Shown here piece by piece: positions 46,056 to 52,494 of a stretch of DNA of 52,494 nt. A program made the translations under genes and the position numbers. Under the pieces are notes generated by a model. That model saw only the letters and a list, made by a program, of their open reading frames with translations, did not search any database and was not told the DNA's origin. The stretch comes from a virus (taxonomy: Duplodnaviria > Caudoviricetes). The stretch's first letter is position 1, and the number at the start of each line of letters is the position of its first letter. The stretch spans positions 1 to 52,494 of IMG/VR virus record IMGVR_UViG_3300032931_000510; one strand, 5' to 3'.

Positions 46056-47131
46056 TAGTTCTTCTCAATGGTATGGGCTTCGTTATAGACTTCGCGGAGC
46101 GTGTCAATCAAGCGAGCTTTGTTGAGTGGTGTTTCGAGTGCCTGGACCGTCTTGGTCAGAATGGTAAAGGTATCTTCGGCTTGGTTGACCAGTTCCGTAT
46201 CCTCTTCGACTGGTGTGTCTGTGAAGTCTTCAACGATATTGATATCAATAGGTCCCGCCTTATAGAGCGCATCGATCATGGTCTCAAAGAGATAGGGATT
46301 TGTTTTTTTGAGGACCACCACTTTGATGTAGCTATTCGTACAGCCCGAGAAATCATACTGCTGCCAGAACTGGAAATCCTGGACGGTATCATCATAGGCA
46401 ATCTTATAGAACAGCTTGAGCGGATTTTCAATGTATTCCAGTTTCCTGGTATCCGTATCAAACACATGGAACCCGCGAGGATCGCCGTGATCGGCCCAGG
46501 TCATTTGGTACTGAGCACCCAGATAGAAGACCGTGCCGTCATCAGACTTATGATGGAAGTGTCCGGTGAGGACTTTATCGAATCGATCAAACATCGACCG
46601 CTTCAATCCCTCCATGCAGTAGTTCCCGCGGTCCATTTGAAATCCCGCGATTTCTAGATGGCCGAAGATGATTTGTGCGGGCGTGGTGTTCAGAAAGTGC
46701 TGGACCTCATCGAAATTCGTGGCATTGACCCAGGGTACCAGCGCAATAGGAATACCATCGAAGACCACCGTCTTGGGTCCGGTATAGATGAAGGGTTCAT
46801 TGACGCCATCGAATGAGGTACAGAGATTCTCGATGGCATTGACCTCATTGGTATCTTTGAAATAGATGTCGTGATTGCCGATCAGGATATGGGTATCAAT
46901 ACCCTCTTTCCAGAACCGATTCATGAATCGTTCTTTAAAGTCTTTGGCAATCTTGAAGTTAATGAACTTCCGACGGTCGACCACATCACCCAGATGGACC
47001 ACGGTTTTGATACCATGTTCGGCCAGATAGGGAAAGAACTGTTCTTCCCAAAAACGGAAGATATAATCATTGACCAGGGGGTTGTCACCACGAGCGCCGA
47101 AGTGACTGTCATTAATCAAACCAATTTTCAT
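46055..47131 (-). CDS. 47: Recombination endonuclease nuclease subunit gp47 (Mre11/SbcD-like)
   Basis: DSHFG, LGD, GNHD, GHFH. Confidence 0.95.
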   Translation of the reverse strand: MKIGLINDSHFGARGDNPLVNDYIFRFWEEQFFPYLAEHGIKTVVHLGDVVDRRKFINFKIAKDFKERFMNRFWKEGIDTHILIGNHDIYFKDTNEVNAIENLCTSFDGVNEPFIYTGPKTVVFDGIPIALVPWVNATNFDEVQHFLNTTPAQIIFGHLEIAGFQMDRGNYCMEGLKRSMFDRFDKVLTGHFHHKSDDGTVFYLGAQYQMTWADHGDPRGFHVFDTDTRKLEYIENPLKLFYKIAYDDTVQDFQFWQQYDFSGCTNSYIKVVVLKKTNPYLFETMIDALYKAGPIDINIVEDFTDTPVEEDTELVNQAEDTFTILTKTVQALETPLNKARLIDTLREVYNEAHTIEKN

Positions 47132-47571
47132 ATCCGCCCGCCTTTTTTTCTATTATCTGTCATTGTTAGAATTTGTAAATTATGTTCATGATGGTGACCG
47201 CCTCTACAGATAGGAATAATATGATCTACCTCATGTTGGATTCCGGTATCTTGTGTCAACCGCCTGGCCTCTTGGTAAATCTGTAGTATTGATTGTGTAT
47301 TTGCTGTAGTTGGTGTTTGTTGATGGATCTTGGCTCGCCGACCGCTTTGGTAAGCTGCCTGGTAATCTCTAACACGGATTCTTTGTTGTTGAACTTTTTC
47401 GGGAAATTTCCCTCTCCACTTTTTGGTGGCATTCACCCTAGATTGGAGGGTAGATGGATCGAATTGTCTTTTTCTTGACCTTTTTCTGGTACATACTACA
47501 CAAAGATCGCAAGAGATATATTTCTCTGTGCTGCCGCACGATTTGCATGGGCATCCGGGGTAAGTTTTCAT
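47128..47571 (-). mobile_element. Free-standing HNH endonuclease with N-terminal Cys pairs
   Basis: CKSC...CVVC; HEVDHIIP...GGHHHEHNLQ...N. Confidence 0.85.
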
Positions 47572-47587
47572 AATCTCTTACTATACA

Positions 47588-48190
47588 CTATTCTAGGAAC
47601 ATTGTCAAGTGATTTTTTATGCGTGAGTTCGACTTCGGTTCTTTTTTGGCAAGCTTCCTTCTGGTAGCCGCTTTGGTCGATTCATCCCGCTTCTTTTGGT
47701 CCTGGGTGAACTCAAAGGCATGGATAAATTCTTGGATATTCTCATAGAGGTTATCTTTTGATCCCGATGAGGTCCCTTCTTCGTGTTGTGGGGCAATCAC
47801 GGACTTTCCCCCTTGCAGTTGGAATTCCATGGCCTTGTACTTCACATAGAGATGCTTTTTCTCTCGATTGATGCGACGAAGAAAGGCAAAATAGATAATC
47901 TGGGTAAAGTAGGAGAAGGGATTCTTTGATTCGGCCGCATCGAAATTGCCCACATACTGGCAGCAATTCTCGACCGCATCGGCGACCATATCCTCCCGAA
48001 AGGTATAGGACGCAAAATTCGGCTTACGGACCAAACGATCCGCGATCTTGAGAAACGCCTCTCCCACCGCATCAGGGAGCCGAGGGAGAGGTTGCCTTCG
48101 GGCTTTGGCCTCCTTCAAGGCCAACTGATAGGCCATCAGATTTTTGAAGAGGTCCTCATTGGAGACATAATGTGTTCGGTTGGATGCCAT
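47588..48190 (-). CDS. 55: Late transcription sigma factor gp55
   Basis: HYVSN, PNFASYTFREDM, NPFSYFTQIIYFAFLRRI. Confidence 0.95.
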   Translation of the reverse strand: MASNRTHYVSNEDLFKNLMAYQLALKEAKARRQPLPRLPDAVGEAFLKIADRLVRKPNFASYTFREDMVADAVENCCQYVGNFDAAESKNPFSYFTQIIYFAFLRRINREKKHLYVKYKAMEFQLQGGKSVIAPQHEEGTSSGSKDNLYENIQEFIHAFEFTQDQKKRDESTKAATRRKLAKKEPKSNSRIKNHLTMFLE

Positions 48191-48207
48191 AATATAGTGG
48201 TCCTTGA

Positions 48208-48837
48208 TTAGTGAAAGGTGAGGGGTCCTTCGTCTTCTGATGGGCGGTCCATGCCCTGTTCGGTCATATACATTTCTAGATCGTGTAATTGCTGCAAGAT
48301 ATGGCTCAGACGATTAATTTCAACATCGGCCGCATTGAGGACCTCGTCGTGTTGGTGTTGCCCCGGCGCCTTCTTGCTGTCGATCTGGGTCTGTTCTTGC
48401 TCGATTAACCGCGCGGCATCAATAGAGGCTACCGCGATACCGCGTCTGATATTTTTATCTTCCTTCATGATATTGACCTGAATGAGGTCCACGGTCTTCT
48501 TGTAGTAGGCCTTGAGTTCGTGTTTGGGTTCCATGACCGTGATGATATGCCCAACTTTAATCGTGACCTCATGGGCGTCCAGGAGTTCATCAGGCAACCA
48601 TTGAATGATACCGATGGCCATCTCGGTCGCTGGTCTCAGAGGGGTGACCCGATGCAGAATCAATTTGAGCGGGCACGACAACGTAATTTCGTCAGTCGGC
48701 TTCATCTCGTCCGTGGGTTCATCGCGCAGCACACAGAGAATATCTTCACCCGTGACCAGACGGACCAATTTAATACAATCGATCTCAGGTGGAAGTTCGG
48801 TGGGTCGTGGGGATTGTTCAGCCGCGTCTTCTGTCAT
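48208..48837 (-). CDS. Conserved hypothetical protein (Sm-like N-terminal pattern) between uvsW and 55
   Basis: KLVRLVTGEDIL...P...WLP; AGGAG SD. Confidence 0.65.
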   Translation of the reverse strand: MTEDAAEQSPRPTELPPEIDCIKLVRLVTGEDILCVLRDEPTDEMKPTDEITLSCPLKLILHRVTPLRPATEMAIGIIQWLPDELLDAHEVTIKVGHIITVMEPKHELKAYYKKTVDLIQVNIMKEDKNIRRGIAVASIDAARLIEQEQTQIDSKKAPGQHQHDEVLNAADVEINRLSHILQQLHDLEMYMTEQGMDRPSEDEGPLTFH

Positions 48838-48849
48838 GATACTCCTTTC

Positions 48850-50313
48850 TTAGGGAAGATCAATAGGAAACAACTTATAGGAAAACTGTTCGGCATTATA
48901 GATGTCCACCCGCTTCATGAAATGCTTCAGGGTGAAATTGGTATGCCGCCCGCTTCGAAGATCATCCACGATATCATAGAGCGTCATCGTCTCTTTGTCC
49001 TCGGTTCGACGAAGACCACGACCAATGGATTGTAACACCCGAATCACAGATTTCGAGGGAGAGGAGAAGATCACATTATGAAGACGAGGTATATTTATGC
49101 CTGTGGAGAATGTCCCATAGGAGGCGATCACCAAGGCATTCTCTTCCTGTGCCACAATCTCACGAATCTTCTCCCGTTCCTCGGTCTCGGTACCACCAAA
49201 GACAAAAAAGACCTTCCGACCTGAGTCAGAGGCCGCCTTCAATCCCGTAAAGAGGAATTCCCCATGTCGGGCCACAAACTGAAACAGGACCAGGGTATTG
49301 CCTTTGAGTGATAAGGCCAGATTGGTGACCACGCGCATCCGCGCCGCATGATCCAGAATGAATTTCATTTCATCAGGATACTCCAACTTGGCGGCCGCTT
49401 TGGCGTCTTCTTTTGAATACTTGAGGACCAGACATTTGATCGTCAGGGACGAGATATGTTTGGCATCCATCAACGCTTTAGTGGTCGTCGCCCGATAGAT
49501 CGTACCAAACAGACCTTCCAGCACGATGGCATGCGTCTTGGTCCCGTCTAAGGTGCCCGTACAACCGATGCGATACCGGGCCCGCTGGGTCGATTCCATA
49601 ATCAGCTTGAGGGATTTCGACTTATACTGATGGCATTCGTCACCCAGCACCGCACCAAATTGGAGAAAATAGGATGGGGGCAGGGTATAGATGGATTGCC
49701 ATGTACTAATAGTCAGAAACTTATCGGTGTGTTTGGCATGACCCTCGTATTGTCGATGCACAAAGGCATCAGGGCTCCATCCATAGGATTCAAAGTCTTT
49801 ATAGAGTTGTTCGACCAAATTGGTCGTGGGGACGATCAGCAGCACCTTCTGGACCTCATGGACCATGAGATAGCGCACAATGAGATAGAGAATGAGGCTT
49901 TTCCCTGAGGCCGTGGGGGAGACAATGAGTTGGCGCTGGTATTGAATCGCCCGGGCGAAGGCTTCCAGTTGATAGGACCGAGGTGCATGAGGTAAGCAGA
50001 GACTCTGGGCAAAGGCCAGGGCGTCCTCCGTGTTGAAGGCCTCTACCTTCAGCAGGATGGGATCACAGGCGCAGAGATAGTCTCGTTCCTCACAAAAGCG
50101 TTGGATATAAGGCAGGAGACCACGATAGAGCAACGAATGGACGCGCTTATAGAGGCGGATCTTGCCATCCCACAGCTTTTGTTTATACAAGGGAGTGAAC
50201 CGGCAGCCAGGTACTTCAAAGGTAAAGTGTTCTGCCAGTTCTTCAATGATCCCCGGTTCCCCTGATAGGGTCACATAGACTTCATCATAGGGCGCGACAT
50301 ACAGATCCGCCAT
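48850..50313 (-). CDS. uvsW: SF2 helicase UvsW
   Basis: WDGKIRL, SPTASGKS, DECH, TGT, FSTGINI, QSIGRGLR. Confidence 0.95.
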   Translation of the reverse strand: MADLYVAPYDEVYVTLSGEPGIIEELAEHFTFEVPGCRFTPLYKQKLWDGKIRLYKRVHSLLYRGLLPYIQRFCEERDYLCACDPILLKVEAFNTEDALAFAQSLCLPHAPRSYQLEAFARAIQYQRQLIVSPTASGKSLILYLIVRYLMVHEVQKVLLIVPTTNLVEQLYKDFESYGWSPDAFVHRQYEGHAKHTDKFLTISTWQSIYTLPPSYFLQFGAVLGDECHQYKSKSLKLIMESTQRARYRIGCTGTLDGTKTHAIVLEGLFGTIYRATTTKALMDAKHISSLTIKCLVLKYSKEDAKAAAKLEYPDEMKFILDHAARMRVVTNLALSLKGNTLVLFQFVARHGEFLFTGLKAASDSGRKVFFVFGGTETEEREKIREIVAQEENALVIASYGTFSTGINIPRLHNVIFSSPSKSVIRVLQSIGRGLRRTEDKETMTLYDIVDDLRSGRHTNFTLKHFMKRVDIYNAEQFSYKLFPIDLP

Positions 50314-50762
50314 CACGCACCCCTCATGAATTTTTCCCAACCACAATATTCCTTGGCTTCCCAGGTGCGATTATTCAAGGCCTTGAGGATCGCGGTGGCC
50401 ACTTCGACCATTTCCTCACAGATATCCTGTTGGGCCCTGAAGGCTTGGATATCCGCATCGGCTTCCATATAGGTATGGATATCCGCTTTCAGCACAAACG
50501 GAAAGGGCGTCCATCCCCGTTGGGCCAACGCCGCCTGGTCCATTTTACCGTTGTAATATTCCCACTTCACCTTCTTGAGACGGGCCAGCTTGCGTTCCCA
50601 GGCTTTAGCTTGGAGTCGATACTCTGTGAGAATGCGAAGATATTTGGCATGCAGGGCCCCGATCCCCGCGAGGACACCAGACGGATCAAGCTTATCAAAG
50701 ACGGCATCCTCTTTCCAGAGTTCATGGAGTTGAATGACGGTATTCGCAGACAGATCGCCCAT
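50313..50762 (-). CDS. uvsY: Recombination mediator UvsY
   Basis: LHAKYL, WEYYNGK, position upstream of uvsW. Confidence 0.85.
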   Translation of the reverse strand: MGDLSANTVIQLHELWKEDAVFDKLDPSGVLAGIGALHAKYLRILTEYRLQAKAWERKLARLKKVKWEYYNGKMDQAALAQRGWTPFPFVLKADIHTYMEADADIQAFRAQQDICEEMVEVATAILKALNNRTWEAKEYCGWEKFMRGA

Positions 50763-50798
50763 AACAGACACCTCTCCTCTTGAGTGAGACCTAGTGAC

Positions 50799-50827
50799 AG
50801 TATACACGATATTGGGGGCGTTGTCAA
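50799..50827 (-). promoter_or_regulatory. sigma70-type promoter TTGACA-17-TATACT
   Basis: Read directly; heads uvsY-uvsW. Confidence 0.8.
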
Positions 50828-50836
50828 GGAGATTCG

Positions 50837-51376
50837 TTAGCGGATCACGGTGACATTATAATAATCGAAACGGAATGTGGCATCGGCCGTCATGACCTCG
50901 GCGGGACCGCCTGTGGTAGAGAATTGAATGGAACTGAGGGACGTAGGAAAACAATTGACGAATTTGACTCGAAAGTTGGGATTTTGATTCGAATCTAGGA
51001 TCACCAGACCGGCATCGGAATATTGTGGCATGATCTTCTTCACATGAGAAGGCGTCATGGTACCCAGACGGGCATATTCGGCAAATTCTACCGGAAAGGT
51101 CATGGCCCGCATCCAATCATGGATTTCTAGCCAGGATTTGAGGTCTTCATCGACCATGAAGGTGATGGCCAAGGCATCATACTGCAATTTATCCCCAGGC
51201 ACAAACAAATCAATAAAGGGGGTCTGTCGGATACCTTCTCCCATCGAGAGACCAGGAAGAGGGACGCCTTGTGTAAAATACTGCACATTGGGAATTCGCA
51301 CAAAGGACAAGACGAATTTATTGGCATGGAGGAGACTGGTATTGGTCGGCACGGTCGGGGTATGGGGCATAAGCAT
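50837..51376 (-). CDS. 3: Tail completion / tube terminator gp3-like
   Basis: PGDKLQY, FMVDEDL..WLEIHDW, SDA.L, FPTSLS; GATAAATA box at 51395-51402. Confidence 0.85.
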   Translation of the reverse strand: MLMPHTPTVPTNTSLLHANKFVLSFVRIPNVQYFTQGVPLPGLSMGEGIRQTPFIDLFVPGDKLQYDALAITFMVDEDLKSWLEIHDWMRAMTFPVEFAEYARLGTMTPSHVKKIMPQYSDAGLVILDSNQNPNFRVKFVNCFPTSLSSIQFSTTGGPAEVMTADATFRFDYYNVTVIR

Positions 51377-51393
51377 GTTCCTTTCGTATATCT

Positions 51394-51897
51394 CTATTTA
51401 TCACAAATTTTCTTGCAGCGATAGCCTTTATGCTGTATATGAGTCCCCTTCGCCACCTGCACCATATTGGTCTGTTGGAGACCATGTTGTCTGGAGTATT
51501 CACAGAGATTTGAAATAACTTCTTTGGTGCCTGAGGGTGTTGTGATTTCCCATTTGCTTGCTTTTTTCTGAGCCATCAGATTTCTGGATTCTTGGTTCAT
51601 TGATATTCCGCGCATGGTACCAGCTTTACCATAACGAGGATTACCAGCACCTTTCATGCGTTCTGACATATTGCGCTTCCATTGTTCTGATTTGGGAGCT
51701 TTTTGAGCGAGTTTCGTGGCCTCTTCGCAGGTTATTTGTTTGGTGAGGCCTTTCCAAGCCACTTCATCTTGCCAATGGCCATGAGCCTCGAATAAAAGGC
51801 GATGCCGTTCAGCATGTTCTTCGATAGTGATAGATTCGATATTTAAAGGATCATCCGATCCTCCCATATGTTTAGGAATGATGTGGTGTTTGTGCAT
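51394..51897 (-). mobile_element. Free-standing HNH homing endonuclease
   Basis: HKHHIIPKHMGGSDDPLN...EEHAERH; GNPRYGK; QHKGYRC. Confidence 0.85.
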
Positions 51898-51914
51898 TTA
51901 AGATAGCCTCTAGT

Positions 51915-51944
51915 AAAAGAAGGGGGTTCCGAAGAACCCCCTTC
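51915..51944 (-). terminator. Intrinsic terminator after gp23
   Basis: GAAGGGGGTTC-TTCG-GAACCCCCTTC-TTTT (11-bp stem, UUCG loop). Confidence 0.9.
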
Positions 51945-51969
51945 AATGAATCATAGATTCGTTCAATGA

Positions 51970-52494
51970 TTACGCGATATTAGCTACCTTAAACGCCCTG
52001 TAATAGGTGTTGGTCTTGGCATTGATCACGCCACTGCCTTGGGTCAGACCTTCGGCGAATGGGTTGGCGACCAAACCATAGCGGGTCTTAAACCCGATCT
52101 TTGGCTGGAAGCTGCCTGTATCAATTGCGCGGACCATCTGGAGAGGCACATATGGACAGTAGAAGAGTCCGGCATCATAGGCATTGGTGCCCTTGTAGCC
52201 GATGACTGCGAATTCTGCTGTGGATGTGGTTGGGAAGTAAGGGTCAATGTAGACCTTCACGCGACCAAACAACGTACCTGCATAGGTGTTGCCTGTGTCA
52301 TCGACGAGCAAGTTGACTTCCTGCTTGAGACCACTATTGTAGTCCAAGATCCCTGCCATGGCGAATGCGGAGGCCACGTCCGAAGACACGATCAACACAT
52401 TGCCCTTGCCGCGACGAGTCTGCTTGGAGATTTGGTTGGCTTCGCGTTCGATTTGGAACGCCAATCCCTTGATCTTTTCCACCATCCAACGACC
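51970..52494 (-). CDS. 23: Major capsid protein gp23 (C-terminal part; 5' end outside the window)
   Basis: TRRGKGN, VYIDPY, DAGLFYCPYVPL, FQPKIGFKTRYG. Confidence 0.97.
   Translation of the reverse strand, partial: GRWMVEKIKGLAFQIEREANQISKQTRRGKGNVLIVSSDVASAFAMAGILDYNSGLKQEVNLLVDDTGNTYAGTLFGRVKVYIDPYFPTTSTAEFAVIGYKGTNAYDAGLFYCPYVPLQMVRAIDTGSFQPKIGFKTRYGLVANPFAEGLTQGSGVINAKTNTYYRAFKVANIA

Noticed and set aside
16057-50313. Introns or inteins in 41, 43, 46 or uvsW
   Set aside because: The ORFs are continuous and of ordinary length; all endonucleases lie between genes.
202-51746. Numerous plus-strand ORFs in the track
   Set aside because: They lie antisense to well-supported minus-strand genes and show no recognisable motifs; treated as shadow ORFs.
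1-52494. Stop-codon reassignment
   Set aside because: Core genes are intact in the standard code, and TAA, TAG and TGA all terminate genes.

Overview
52.5 kb of a large T4-like myophage genome. Every credible gene is on the minus strand and there are no tRNA, rRNA or CRISPR features. Read in gene direction (right to left) the window holds: the 3' part of major capsid gp23 with its terminator; gp3, uvsY, uvsW, gp55 late sigma, gp47/gp46 and peptide deformylase; a block of GNAT-like/2OG-Fe(II) oxygenase fusion, PLP enzyme, SLOG protein and large amino-MTase-like protein (candidate DNA base hypermodification pathway); a CobT-like VWA / CobS-like AAA pair; HD hydrolase, dCMP deaminase, glycosyltransferase and dNMP kinase; gp45-gp44-gp62-regA; a structured intergenic region; a signal-peptide Ig/BACON/FN3-like protein; M15 peptidase, MazG-like enzyme, gp43, a RyR-domain protein, uvsX and gp41; a nuclease-like ORF and a ligase-superfamily ORF; a 12-gene GDP-sugar (fucose/heptose) synthesis, glycosyltransferase and methyltransferase island; and two probable capsid-internal polyproteins punctuated by L/I-x-E protease sites. 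Five free-standing homing endonucleases are interspersed. Nine near-consensus sigma70 promoters (three apparently leaderless) and eight T4-late-like boxes are readable by eye. All product calls come from motif recognition and T4-like gene order. No database searches were run.
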